In this document: in pieces, positions 1 to 12,534 of the stretch
How positions within the stretch are numbered: the stretch's first letter is position 1
Layout: each line of letters begins with the position of its first letter
Assembly (NCBI GenBank): GCA_030390025.1
Contig: JASTWF010000808.1
Span: forward strand, 1-64,000
Direction of reading: 5' to 3'
DNA length: 64,000 nt
Origin: Squalus acanthias
Taxonomy: Eukaryota
Notes under the pieces: generated by a model
What the model was told of the DNA's origin: nothing
Databases searched by the model: none
The model's input: the letters and a program-made list of their open reading frames with translations, nothing else
Program-made: the position numbers and the translations under genes

Positions 1-636
1 GGTGGGGTAGGAGAGAGGTGGGGGTAGGAGAGAGGTGGGAGTGAAAGAGGTCGGGGTAGGAGAGAGGTGGGGGTAGGAGAGAGGTGGGGGTAGGAGAGAG
101 GTGGGAGTGAAAGAGGTGGGGGTAGGAGGGAGGTGGGGGTAGGAGAGAGTTGTGGGTTGGAGAGAGGTGGGGTTAGGAGGGAGGTGAGGGTAGGCGGGAG
201 ATGGGGGTAGGAGGGAGGTGTGGGTAGTAGAGCGGCGGTGTAGGAGAGAGGTGGGGTAGGAGGGAGGTGGGGGTAGGAGAGAGGTGGGGGTAGGAGAGGT
301 GTGGGTAGGAGGGAGGTTGGGGTAGGAGGGAGGTGGGAGAGAGAGGTGGGGGTAGGAGGGAGGTGTGGGTAGTAGAGAGGTGTGGGTAGGAGAGAGCTGT
401 GGAAAGGAGAGAGGTGGGGTAGGAGGGAGGTGGGGCTCGGAGGGAGGTGGAGGTCGGAGAGAGGTGGGGGTAGGAGAGAGGTGGGGTAGGAGAGAGGTGG
501 GGGTAGGAGAGAGGTGGGGTCGGAGAGAGGTGTGGGTAGGAGATAGGTGTGGGTAGGAGAGAGGTGGGGTAGGAGAGAGGTGTGGGTAGGAGAGAGGTGG
601 GGTTAGGAGGGAGGTGTGAGTGAGAGAGGTGGGGTG
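1..636. repeat. G-rich minisatellite, ~18-19-bp unit GGTGGGGGTAGGAGAGAG
   Basis: More than 30 imperfect copies; runs off the window start. Confidence 0.95.
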
Positions 637-944
637 AACCTCTCTTACCTGTCTCGGCCGTCTTCGTGTTGCTGTTTCTCACTCTGTCTCTCGGATTGAT
701 TTTATATTGAGATGAATTTGGGTGGGTGTGCGGAGCGAGTGGTAAACCCCATGATGCTGGCTTGAGGATCAAGTCTCGTTAACTGTTCAAGAACGGGCTG
801 CCCTCCTGATCACCTGCAGAACCAGGTAGCCCGCCCACATGACCTTCGCACTTTCCGACACTGTTCCCGAGGCCTACTTATTGTGGGGGTGCACCTCTTG
901 AGGTCAGGTCGAATCACCTCCCTGAGTTTTTTTTTCAAGAATAC

Positions 945-1375
945 TGGAAAAGATTGTGGTTGCACAGATCAATCAAAGGGCTGCATCCCGCTTTTCAGAA
1001 GTCTCCTCAGAGGTCACAGATAGTGAGGCAGGAGGGACTGCATGTGATGAAAGACCCAGGACCAAAGAGCAGCACCAGGCAGTGGGGGGCAGGGACAGCC
1101 CAGGAGAGACCTCGCCAGAGAGTGTGGTCCTCTCCCAGCTTTGCTGAGGAGGACAGAGATGAGGACTGCGATGACCCAGCAATGAGAAGAAAACTGCTGG
1201 CCTCACACAGACCATGAGGTATTGGAAGCATGCCAAGGAGTTCAGCACTATGGCTGAGAATGTCGAGGAGTCCGCATCTAACTTGCATAGTGTCATCTTT
1301 CATGACATAACCACTCTGTAGTCTACCCTGGAGAGTGTGGCCACCTCCAGGGTCACTACAGCCGGGCCCTCACAA
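945..1375 (+). mobile_element. Possible remnant of a Harbinger Myb/SANT-like ORF C-terminus
   Basis: DEDCDDPAMRRKLL...MAENVEESASNL resembles DEDLPGPSFRRRLM...GMEESVFSL at 17659-18195(-). Confidence 0.35.
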
Positions 1376-1384
1376 CTCTATTAG

Positions 1385-2650
1385 TTTAGAAAGGTGAGAG
1401 AGAGAAACCAGGATCTTACAGACCTGTTAGTCTAACATCTGTTGTGGGGAAGTTATTGAAATCTATAATAAAGGACAGAGTGACTGGGCACTTAGAGACA
1501 TTTGAGCTGATTAGAGAGAGACAACATGGATTTGTAAAGGGGAGGTCATGTCTAACGAGCCTAATTGAATTTTTTGAGGAAGTAACTAAAGTAGTCGACA
1601 GGGGAATGTCTATGGATGTAGTTTATATGGACTTCCAGAAGGCATTTGATAAGGATAAACATAAGAGACCATTAGGTAAAGTTAAAGCTCAGGGAATTGA
1701 ACCCATAATATTGACCTGGTTAGGAGATTGGTTAGGCGGTAGAAGACATAGAGTAGGGATAAGGGGTATGGACTGGAATTAGAAAGAAGTGTCCCACAAG
1801 GATCTATGCTGGGGCCTCAACTATTCACTGTATTTATTAATGACATAGTTAATGCAAGAGAGAGCCATATATACAAGTTTGTCGATGACACAAAGATTGG
1901 TGAAAATTGGAACATAAAAATAGAAAGAGACATTGATAGATTCAGTGAGTGGGCAAAACTGTGGCAGCTGGATTTCAACGCAGGTAAGGGTGAGGTCCTC
2001 CATTTTGGACCAAAAAGGATAGATCTGAGTATTTTTCAAATGATAAAAAGCTAGGAACTGTGACAGGCCAAAGAGATTTAGAGGTCCATGTACACAGATC
2101 AGTAAAATGTAGTAGTCAGGTTCAAAAAATAATGTAAAAGGCTCATGGAATGTGGGCCTTTTGGGCTTGAATATAAAGGGGAGGAGGTTTTGCTATGACT
2201 ATACAAAGCTCTAGTTAGACCACTTCTGGAGCACTGTGTACTGTTCTGGGGCACCGCCCTTTAGAAAGGATATATTGACCTTGGAAGGAGTGCTGTGCAG
2301 ATTCACCAGCATGTTACCAGGGCTGCAAGGATTAGATTATGAGGAGAGATTACATAAACTAGGCTTGTATTCTCTGGAATATAGAAGGCTAAGGGGTTAT
2401 TTGTTTGAGGTTTTTAAGATTTTGAAAGGAATTGATAGGGTTATAGAGGGAAACTTTTTCCGCTGGTGGGTGGGGGTCCAGGACAAGGGGACATAACCAT
2501 AAACTCAGAGCCAGGCCATTCAGGAGGGAAGTTAGGAAACACTTCTTCACACAAAGGGTGGTAGAGGTGTGGAACTCTCGCCCACAAAAAGCAGTAGATG
2601 CTCGCTCAATTAATAATATTAAAACCGAGATCAATAGATTTTTGGCACCA
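1385..2650 (+). mobile_element. CR1 LINE ORF2 RT fragment, degraded
   Basis: QHGFVKGRSCLT, VYMDFQKAFD, LGPQLF, KFVDDTK motifs broken across frames. Confidence 0.9.
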
Positions 2651-2799
2651 GATCCTTTCAATGGGAATAGCATAACATAAACACCTATATATATATAATT
2701 CCTTCAGAGCCTTCAACATCCCCTTTCAGTAATTCCAACAGTCACTTTGGTAAATATCTTTACTCAGTTATAAAGTTTTACACTAAAGACAAATATATT

Positions 2800-3540
2800 G
2801 GCCCAGAAATTAAAGACTGAGTGTTGACGCGGGGGTAAGGCTTCCCCGCGATCTCTCACTCCGCGTTGGCTTTTTCAGTTCCAGCTCGCACGAACTTGAT
2901 GTTCTAGACATCAGCTGGGCAGTGCTTGCGTATCCCACCGGCGTAGTGAATTTGTGCGAGCTGTGGGATCACGTGACTCAGTTAGAGCCAATGGCAGCAC
3001 ACCATCTTCCATTCATAAGTTTCACATAAGTGCTGTGAAAGCTATGAATCTTACACACCCCCAAAATAACAGCTAAACCTCAATTAATTTTTTTTTAAAA
3101 ACCATCACATTAATAAAATAAGTATAGTTAAATAAATTAACCATTTTAAATAAAAAATTAAATTTTTGAAAAAATTTAAAATCTTTTAAAAAGTTATAAA
3201 AATAAACTTACCTGTCTTTAAAGTCTCTAAAAAAGATATACCTGTTAAAAAAAATTCAAAATAATACTTAATTCACTACTTACCTTGTTAAAAGTGGGTC
3301 TTACTCCTTTTTTCATTTCTAAAATCTTCCGTACTTACCTGCGCGTCCAAAGCACTAAGTGCACAGCGTGCGCGCAGCCTGTAGCGCGCACGCGGTGCAC
3401 CGAGGAACCGCCCCCTTTTCCATTCACCAAGTGCCGGTTTTCAGCGCATGCGCAGAGCATGCAGAAAACCGGCAATTGGAGACAGAATACGCGAGAGTAC
3501 ACAGTGCGTACTCTCGCGTCGCGGGACTAATTTTTGGGCC
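2800..3540. mobile_element. MITE-like element (probably PIF/Harbinger) with multiple internal hairpins
   Basis: Terminal inverted repeat ggcccagaaatta / taatttttgggcc; CpG-rich arms around an AT-rich core. Confidence 0.6.
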
Positions 3541-3664
3541 AAAATGTTTACAAAGTCCTTTAGTGTCAACACCATTCAGAAACCAGTAGGAGCTAAAGAC
3601 CACAGAGAATTCTGCCTTATATATGCATAATTTCTTTATCGTTGAATGAGTTCCTTTGCTGTTG

Positions 3665-4450
3665 AACGGGAATGATGTGGAGCACACTACAGAGCCCCTC
3701 CCAAACTGAAGGCAGAATAAACGTCCCTTTAAGACCCCAATGGTCCTCTCAATGCCCACTCTGGTAGAGGCATGAGCCTTGTTGTCATGCTCCTCTGTCA
3801 CTGTTCAGAAAGCTCCTACTGGGGTCATTCTCCTTGGAGCAGGGATCGGCTTTGTCACCCACAGGCCATCTGTTGACATGGCTTTCCTCCAGAAGAGTTC
3901 AGAGAGGGTCATTCAGGGAGTGGAAGACCCTCCTCTTGAGGTCATTGAGGGGATTCACTGTAGGAGTTTGTAAAGCAACATGGGTCACATTGACTGCACC
4001 GTGAACCTTGGGAAAACCAGCAAACCATAAAGCTGGGTGTTCTATCTCACTGCTGCCTCGCTCTGCTATCAAACTGTTTGAATTTGTCAGCTCTCCTGTA
4101 AAGTGCGTCAATCACCTGAGAATGGAGGCCCGTACCGAACCCCGCCTGATATTACAGAGATCGCCTGTGACTGCCAGAAATGATCTGGGCCACAAGCATT
4201 GAGTCTGGTCATCCCCTTTCTAACCACAGAATGAGCAGTGTGGGCAGAAACTGTGACTACAGGTCTTCATTGCAGTAGGTGGCAGTCTGCCCCATTGCCT
4301 CTTCGATGAAGCGCATTCTCCTAATACACTTCTCCTCAGTAAGGTCCTTGAATGACCTGTGTGCCCTCTAGATTGTATGGGTGGGTGCAATAGCTGGTGA
4401 GCTGTATCCTCCTTAAATTCTGCCTCACTCTCCATTGCCCCATCCCTCCT
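3665..4450 (-). mobile_element. PIF/Harbinger (HARBI1-like) transposase remnant
   Basis: FAGFPKVHGAVNVTHVAL...FHSLN and AHASTRVGIERTIGVLKGR motifs, with stops and frameshifts. Confidence 0.8.
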
Positions 4451-6160
4451 CCTCCTGCTCCTCCATGATAAACTCATACAAAGAATGCCCACAGGGAATG
4501 GCGCTCCTGCTCGAGAGAATCCCTCACTGTGGGTGGGGAGGGGTCAACACATGCCAGTGGTCTCACACCCCGCGGGCAGTCAGAAGCAGGACGCTGGAAA
4601 TAATCGTTCCAGAAAGTGGTTTCCAGCTGCAGAAATGGCTGCTCAAACTCTCCACACGCTTCAGGCTCAGAAACTCTCACTTCCCCTGTCTCAGCTGATC
4701 CTGGGGCATCAAACCAGCGTAAACAGCTTCTCCCCAATTTTGCTGGACAAAAATGGCACGGAATTTCAGGGCCACAGAAATTATAACACACAAGGCCGCT
4801 CGGTCCATTGGAGTACAGGTTCAATGGGCCGAATGGCCTCCTTCTACAGCCACCTCGCCCCATCTACAAAAGCTTTTTCAAAATCGAACTCTTCAGCCAT
4901 TCCTTTGGTTACTCCCCCCCTCCCCCTTACTGTCCTAATTTCTCCTCAGTGCCTATCCCATGCCCCCCCCCCCCCCCCACCTTGCAAACAACCTTGGAGG
5001 TGAATTCTCTCGGAGTTTCTCTCGCTCCACCGTGGTAACTTTGGCTGAAGTTTGGTGAACGGGGTTTCCACCGGTGGAAGAGCAAGAGGAACACTGAGGA
5101 AATTCACCTCCTTGAGATATTTCACTGTGTTAAAGTATGAGTGTCAGCTGGTGGTCTTAATGAGATCAGTGCTTCTGTTCCCTGATGCATCCAATGCGAT
5201 AAGAGTGAATTGTGCTGACAATATCAAACTATTTCAGACAATCACAAATAAATTCCAGTCAACAACTAGTGACACCTCTCTGCTCCACATCTCATTGGTT
5301 AATAGTGGAGATGGGGGAGGTGCTATTGTTGAGCAGATCAATAGTTTATTGCTTTGTTCAACCAGTTTATAACATGGTTTGAACCACATCCAGGGACTTT
5401 CCAGTTATCACTTCCTTAAGACTGAACAGTCCCTTCCCAGTACAATGCACATTGCTGGTTTGGTCATTTAAAGCTGGTTTCACAATCGGTGCAGGAAAGG
5501 TGCCTTTGTTAACCATTTGCAGCCCAGTGTTTATCTTCAGGAGAACTTTTAACCAGGCAGACACTTTGATTCCCTGCAATCCCCCATCCTGATCTCTGCC
5601 CTGCGTTCTCTTCATTGTAAACTGTGAGCTCTCGTCTCCTTGTCCATGCCTCCTTCGACTAGTCGCATACTTCAATAGATTATAAATCATTCCCGGCATG
5701 TGTTCCCTATGGTTCCGTCCATCCCGAAGAGCCTGAAGAACCGGCCTCAGACATCAGTAGAATCCCCATTGGAATATTGCATTCCCAATCTTCAGATCCC
5801 ACATCCCAATTCTAGATCCTTAGTGTTGATTCCCTCAAACATTAACTAGCAGGACATTTGGAATTGTTGTTACGTGGAGTGAAGTGTGTGGCAGGATGGC
5901 TCAATTTGTAATTCTCAGCTTTGAATTGGACAGTTGTTAATTTTATCAGAAAGACAAACACATATGAAACATTTGGAGAAAATTAAGCAACTGGGATGTG
6001 ATGAAGGGACATAATCCATGCCAAAAGAAATTGTGGTGTGGGGATGTGACACACCCCTCTCATCCCTCCCCAGTGATTGTGCCTAAGGTCCAATCCACAT
6101 ACTGAGGTTTCTAGACTGACACTGCAGTGCAGTACTGAGGCAGGGCTGCATCATTAGACA
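4148..6160. repeat. Local segmental duplication, copy A
   Basis: 4148-5630 matches 9869-9934 + 12803-14429 in direct orientation; 5626-6160 matches ~14950-15471 inverted. Confidence 0.9.
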
Positions 6161-8227
6161 AGATCTAATCTCCTCTGGAGATCTTCCCCCATGGCCGCCA
6201 ACCTCATAGTTCTCCAACCCCGCACAGCCCGCTTCTACCTCCTTCCCAAGATCCACAAACAGGACTGCCCTGGTAGACCCATCATTTCAGCCTGTTCTTG
6301 CCCCACGGAACTTATCTCTTCCTATTTCGACTCTATTTTTTCTCCCCTTGTCCAGTCTCTTCCCACCTACATCTGCGACTCTTCCTGACGCCCTCCGCCA
6401 CTTTAACAGTTTCCAGTTTCCTGGCCCCAACCGCCTCCTTTTCACTATGGATGTCCAATCCCTCTACACCTCCATCCCCCACCAGGATGGCCTGCGGGCA
6501 CTCCGCTTCTTCCTTGAACAGAGGCCCAACCAGTCCCCATCCACCACCATCCTCCTCCGCCTGGCTGAACTTGTTCTCACATTGAACAACTTCTCCTTTG
6601 ACTCCACTCACTTCCTCCAAATCAAAGGTGTTGCTATGGGAACCCGCATGGGTCCTAGCTATGCCTGCCTTTTCATGGGATATGTGGAACACTCTTTGTT
6701 CCAGTCCTACTCGGGTCCCCTCCCTCACCTCTTTTTCCGGTACATTGATGACTGTATCGATGCCGTTTCCTGCTCTCGCCCTGAACTAGATAATTTCATG
6801 CACTTTGCTTCCAATTTCCACCCTTCCCTCACCTTCACATGGTCCATCTCCGACTCTTCCCTTCCCTTCCTCGACTTCTCTGTCTCCATCTCTGGGGATA
6901 GGTTATTGACAAACATTCACTACAAGCCCACTGACTCCCACAGCTACCTGGACTACACTTCCTCCCACCCCGCCTCCTGTAAGGACTCTATTCCATTCTC
7001 CCAGTTTCTCCGTCTCCGCTGCATCTGCTCTGATGATGCCACCTTCCATACCAGTGCTTCCGACATGTCTTCCTTTTTCCTCAACCGAGGGTCCCCTCTA
7101 CAGTGGTTGACACGGCCCTTGAGCGTGTCCGTTCTATCTCCTGCACTTCTGCCCTCACCCCTGCCCCTCCCTCCCGGAACCACGATAGAGTTTTCCTTGT
7201 CCTCACCTTTCACCCCACTAGCCTTCACATTCAACGGATCATCCTCCGCCATTTCTGCCACCTCCAGCGTGATCCCACCACCAAATGCATCTTCCCCTCA
7301 CCTCCCCTTTCAGCATTCCATAGGGACTGCTCCCTCCGCGACACCCTAGTCCACTCCTCTATCACCCCCAACACCCCATCCCCTTTGCCCGACACCTTCC
7401 CATGCAAGCGCAGGAAATGCAACACATGCCCTTATACCTCCCCCCTTCCCACTGTTCAGGGCCCCAAACACCCCTTCTAGGTGAAACAGCGATTTACTTG
7501 TACTTCTTGCAATTTAGTATACTGTATTCGCTGCTCACGATGTGGTCTCCTCTACATTGGGGTGACCGCTTTGCGGAACACCTCCATTCAGTCCGTAAGG
7601 GGGACCCCGAGCTTCCGGTCGCCTGTCACTTTAATTCACCGCTCCATTCCCACTCAGACCTCACCGTCCTCGGCCTCTTGCATTGTTCCACGGAAGCTCA
7701 GCGTAAGCTCGAGGAACAGCACCTCATCTTTCGATTAGGCACTTTACAGCCTTCTGGACTCAACATAGAGTTCAACAATTTCAGATCATAACCTCGGCTC
7801 CTATCATATATATATTTTTTATCCACACTCTTTGGCTGTCTTTTCTTTTCTTCTCCCCCACATGGCAGCTGTCTTTTATTCTGCCAGCGCAATTTACACT
7901 TCATCGAGCCATCCTTTGTTTCTTAACCTGTCTCATTACCATCTCCTTTTGCCTTGAATATCTCTTAAAGTCTCTTAACTTCTCCTGCCTTCTATCCTAT
8001 CACAGACCTTCCCTTTTGTTCTTTCATCCCCTCCCCCATTTCCCAGCCCCCACACTTGCTTAAAAATCTGTTCCATTTCCTGTTTTATTCCAGTTCTGAC
8101 GAAAGGTCATCGACCTGAAACGTTAACTCTGCTTCTCTCTTCACAGATGCTGCCTGACCTGCTGAGTGTCTCCAGCATTTTCTGTTTTTATTTCAGATTT
8201 CCAGCATCTGCAGTATTTTCTATTTGT
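6161..8227 (+). mobile_element. Penelope-like element (RT + GIY-YIG), 5'-truncated, TSD attagaca
   Basis: LPKIHK, MDVQSLYT, GVAMGT, RYIDD, HYKPT RT motifs; LVYCIRCSRCGLLYIG endonuclease; attagaca at 6153-6160 and 8228-8235. Confidence 0.92.
8092..8128 (+). ncRNA. Minimal hammerhead ribozyme-like motif in Penelope 3' end
   Basis: agtt-CTGACGA-a-AGGTC(atc)GACCT-GAAAC-GTT-aact. Confidence 0.65.
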
Positions 8228-8402
8228 ATTAGACAGGAGTCTTTTGGTTGATATGTATTTCTGAGGTCCTTTGCCTTTCCAGGTGGAAGTTAAAGGCCCA
8301 CTATACTATCCTCAACAAAATTCCTCTCGCAACCAACACCACCATAAACAATTAATCCTAGGGTCGAAATCACTACTGGCGACAATGGTTGATGAATACT
8401 TA

Positions 8403-9176
8403 GGTCTGGAGTTTCTGCTTGTAATCTGCCCAGATATGAGCGCAATGTGGGCGGAATCGAATGAAGTTGCACAAAAATCGTGGAATTTAAAACATAACTG
8501 AGTTACGTCCATTACTATTTACTCTCGAGTTTCCACAATCGTTTACGCTGCTTCAAAAGTCAATTCACCCAAAACAGTCCCCGCCCACAAAACCGGCCAC
8601 CCTAACCCCCCCTCCCAGGTCGCCATGGCGAGTTTCCACCGATTTCGCCCATTTGGGGGTTGTTCATCACATTGCGTCCAAAACTTCGGCCGCACAGGTA
8701 CCCGTGGTCACATTTGTCCATCGTAAGTGACCTGCAGCTCCAGCGACCAGCGGTCAATTAAAGCCCCTCTCAGCTCTGCCTCTCATACTGAAACTACAAT
8801 TACTTTAAATTACTTTACATTCAGTTGAAATGAGTCTAAATTGAGTCAATGGATCTGCCCTTGGTACAGAATCCCTGTGACCAGCAATCAATTGAAACCA
8901 CTGATTGGCCTGTTTCTTCAATTTCCTGAACACATTTGCAGTTTCAATTAGTTGAATTCAATAATCCTGAGGCCCCACTGCCCATGGTCCAGTCATGAAT
9001 CGATTACGATCGATAACGCTGCCCGATTGCGCTGATTCATGGGAGATTTTACGTTCAGGCTTTGAGAATGAGTTTGAACGGAAACTCGGGCGTATGTTCA
9101 CCTCAGCAAAACTAGTGCAATTTCCAGCGCATTTTGAGCGCTTTCCCGATTGTGCCCCTCACAGAAACTCCAGGCC
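8403..9176. mobile_element. PIF/Harbinger-type MITE
   Basis: TIR ggtctggagtttctg / cagaaactccaggcc (1 mismatch), TTA on both sides (8400-8402, 9177-9179). Confidence 0.85.
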
Positions 9177-9613
9177 TTAATGTTTTCCTAAGACATTCTT
9201 CAATAATCATTTGTGGTGTAATGTATTTTAAGATATTAGGATGAGATAATTTGCTATATACATTGTATTTTAGTTTTATGAATGAGTAACGGTGTCAGTT
9301 TAAACAATGGAAAACAGATGAATTCAGAAAAACAGTGTGAATCTTCTGTAAATAGAAAATCCTGGTCCTTGGTCCAGCCCAGTCCCATATCTCAGATACA
9401 ATCCAAGGCCAGCAGGACTCCTATTCCCCATTAATGCCCCTACCCTAACCTCAAACCAATCACACATCAATCAGAACACTACATCTTAAAGAGGGAGTAC
9501 CAGCATCAATGTGTGTGACCTGAGAATACCTTGTTCTGTCTGTGATAGTGTTTTGGATCAGTTTGTTTGAACAGTGTGATCATGAAAAATAGGCTGAGGA
9601 TACTGGCCATAAC

Positions 9614-9757
9614 ACAGTAGGGAGATTGATCAGAACCATACGAGACACAGCTGTCAATACAGGGCACTGTCTGGGAGGGGTTAGTGGGGTAACACTGTGA
9701 GGGAGATTGATCAGAACCATACGGGACACAGCTATTAATACAGGGCACTGTCTGGAG
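9614..9757. repeat. Two-copy tandem repeat (period ~80 bp)
   Basis: gggagattgatcagaaccatacg.gacacagct...aatacagggcactgtctgg occurs twice. Confidence 0.8.
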
Positions 9758-9995
9758 GTGAGAGACAGGGATCAGAGAGAGATGGATGTGAGAAGTGGCG
9801 AGGCTGAGAGAGAGGTGGGGGTGAGGGAGATTCGGGGGTGAGGGAGAGGCGGGGGTGAGAGAGGCCGGGATATTACAGAGATCGCCTGTGACTGCCAGAA
9901 ATGATCTGGAGCCACAAGCATTGAGTCTGGTCATAACAACAGAAAACACTGGAAAAACTCAGCAGGCCAGGCAGCATCCGTGGAGAGAGAAACAG

Positions 9996-10032
9996 AGTTA
10001 ACGTTTCAGGTCGAAGACCTTTCGTCAGAACT
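9996..10032 (-). ncRNA. Minimal hammerhead ribozyme-like motif in Penelope 3' end
   Basis: Reverse complement reads agtt-CTGACGA-a-AGGTC(ttc)GACCT-GAAAC-GTT-aact. Confidence 0.65.
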
Positions 10033-12534
10033 GGAAAAAAGCAGTAAATGAAATAGATTTAAGGCAAGGATAAAGCTGGGAAAAGGGGGAGGGGATGAAT
10101 GAACAAAAGGAGAGATTAAGAGACATTGAGAGACATTAAGAGATGATCAAGGCAAGAGGTGGTGTTAATGTGACAGGTTAAGGCTAAAAGAAGTGTGAAA
10201 TGCACTGGCAGAATGAAGGACAGCTGCCAGCTTCTGGGAGAAAAAAAAAAGGGGGGCCAAACAAAAGGGTGGATGAAAAAATAAAATAAAATATAAATGT
10301 GATAGGGGCTGAGGTTATGATCTAAAATTGTTGAACTCGATATTGAGTCCAGAGGCCTGTAGCGTGCCTAAACGAAAGATGAGGTGCTGTTCCTCGAGCT
10401 TACGCTGAGCTTCTGTGGAACAGTGTAATAGGCCGAGGATGGTGAGGTCAGAGTGGGAGTGGAGTGGAGAATTAAAGTGACAGGCCACCGGGAGCTCGGG
10501 GTCCCCCTTACGGACTGAACGGAGGTGTTCCACAAAGCGGTCACCCAATCTGCGTTTGGTCTCCCCAATGTAGAGGAGACCACATCGTGAGCAGCGAATA
10601 CAGTATACTAAATTGCAGGAAGTACAAGTAAATCGCTGTTTCACCTAGAAGGGGTGTTTGGGGCCCTGGACAGTGGGAAGAGGGGAGGTATAAGGGCATG
10701 TGTTGGATTTCCTGCGCTTGCACGGGAAGGTGCCGGGCGAAGGGGAAGGGGTGCTGGGGGTGGTAGAGGAGTGGACTAGGGTGTCACGGAGAGAGCGGTC
10801 CCTGCGGAATGCTGAAAGGGGAGGTGAGGGGAAGATGCGTTTGGTGGTGGGATCACGCTGGAGGTGGCGGAAATGGCAGAGGATGATCCGTTGAATGTGG
10901 AGGCTGGTGGGGTGAAAGGTGAGGACAAGGGGAACTCTATCGTGGTTCCAGGAGGGAGGGGCAGGGGTGAGGGCAGAAGTGCGGGAGATAGAACGGACAC
11001 GGTCGAGGGCCATGTCGACCACAGTCGAGGGGAATCCTCGGTTGAGGAAAAAGGAAGACATGTCGGAAGCACTGGTATGGAAGGTGGCATCGTCAGAGCA
11101 GATGCAGCGGAGATGGAGAAACTGGGAGAATGGAATAGAGTCCTTACAGGAGGCGGGGTGGGAGGAAGTGCAGTCCAGGTAGCTGTGGGAGTCAGTGGGC
11201 TTGTAGTGAATGTTAGTCCATAACCTATCCCCAGAGATGGAGACGGAGAAGTCGAGGAAGGGAAGGGAAGAGTCAGAGATGAACCATGTGAAGGTGAGGG
11301 AAGGGTGGAAATTGGAAGCATAGTGAATGAAATTGTCTAGTTCAGGGCGAGAGCAGGAGACGGCACCGATACAGTCATCAATGTATCGGAAAAAGAGGTG
11401 AGGGAGGGGACCCGAGTAGGACTGGAACAAAGAGTGTTCCACATATCCCACGAAAAGGCAGGCATAGCTAGGACCCATGCGGGTACCCATAGCAACACCT
11501 TTGATTTGGAGGAAATGGGTGGAGTCAAAGGAGAAGTTGTTCAATGTGAGAACCAGTTCAGCCAGGCGGAGGATGGTGGTGGTGGATGGGGACTGGTTGG
11601 GCCTCTGTTCAAGGAAGAAGCGGAGCGCCCTCAGGCCATCCTGGTGGGGAATGGAGGTGTGGAGGGATTGTACGTCCATAGTGAAAAGGAGGCGGTTGGG
11701 GCCAGGAAACTGGAAACTGTTAAAGTGGTGGAGGGCGTCAGAAGAGTCACGGATGTAGGTGGGAAGAGACTGGGCAAGGGGAGAAAACATAGAGTTGAGA
11801 TAGGAAGAGGTAAGTTCCGTGGGGCAAGAACAGGCTGAAGCGATGGGTCTACCGGGGCAGTCCTGTTTGTGGATCTTTGGAAGGAGGTAGAAGCGGGCTG
11901 TGCGGGGTTGGGTAACTATGAGGTTGGCGGCCGTGGGGGGAAGATCTCCAGAGGAGATGAGGTCAGTGACGGTCTTGGAAATGGTGGTTTGATGTTCGGT
12001 AGTGGGGTCATGGTCCAGGTGGAGGTAGGAGGAGGTGTCGGAGAGTTGGCGTTCAGCTTCTGCTAGGTAGAGGTCGGTACGCCAAACAACAACAGCACCA
12101 CCCTTGTCAGCAGGTTTAATGACAATATCGGGGTTGGATCTGAGGGAATAGAGTGTTGCAAGTTCAGAGGGAGGTAGGTTGGAGTGAGAGAGGGGAGCAG
12201 AGAAATTGAGACGGCCGATGTCACGCCGGCAGTTGGCAATGAAAAGATCTAGAGAGGGTAAGAGGCCAGAGGGAGGGGTCCAGGTAGAACGGGAATTCTG
12301 AAAGCGGGAGAAAGGGTCAGCCATGCGGGGGGAAGACTCCTGGCCAGAGAAGTGGGCACAGAGGCGAAGGCGGCGGAAAAAGAGCTCCGCATCGTGCCGA
12401 GCTCGAAATTCATTGAGGTGGGGGGCGTAAGGGGATGAAGCTCAGGCCTGTGCTGAGGACTGATCGTTCGGGGTCAGAAAGGGGAAGGTCAGAAGGGATA
12501 GTGAAAACGCGGCAGGGGGTGAGATAGGGAGAAG

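Noticed and set aside
173-772. 199-aa Pro-rich ORF
   Set aside because: Reverse complement of the G-rich repeat.
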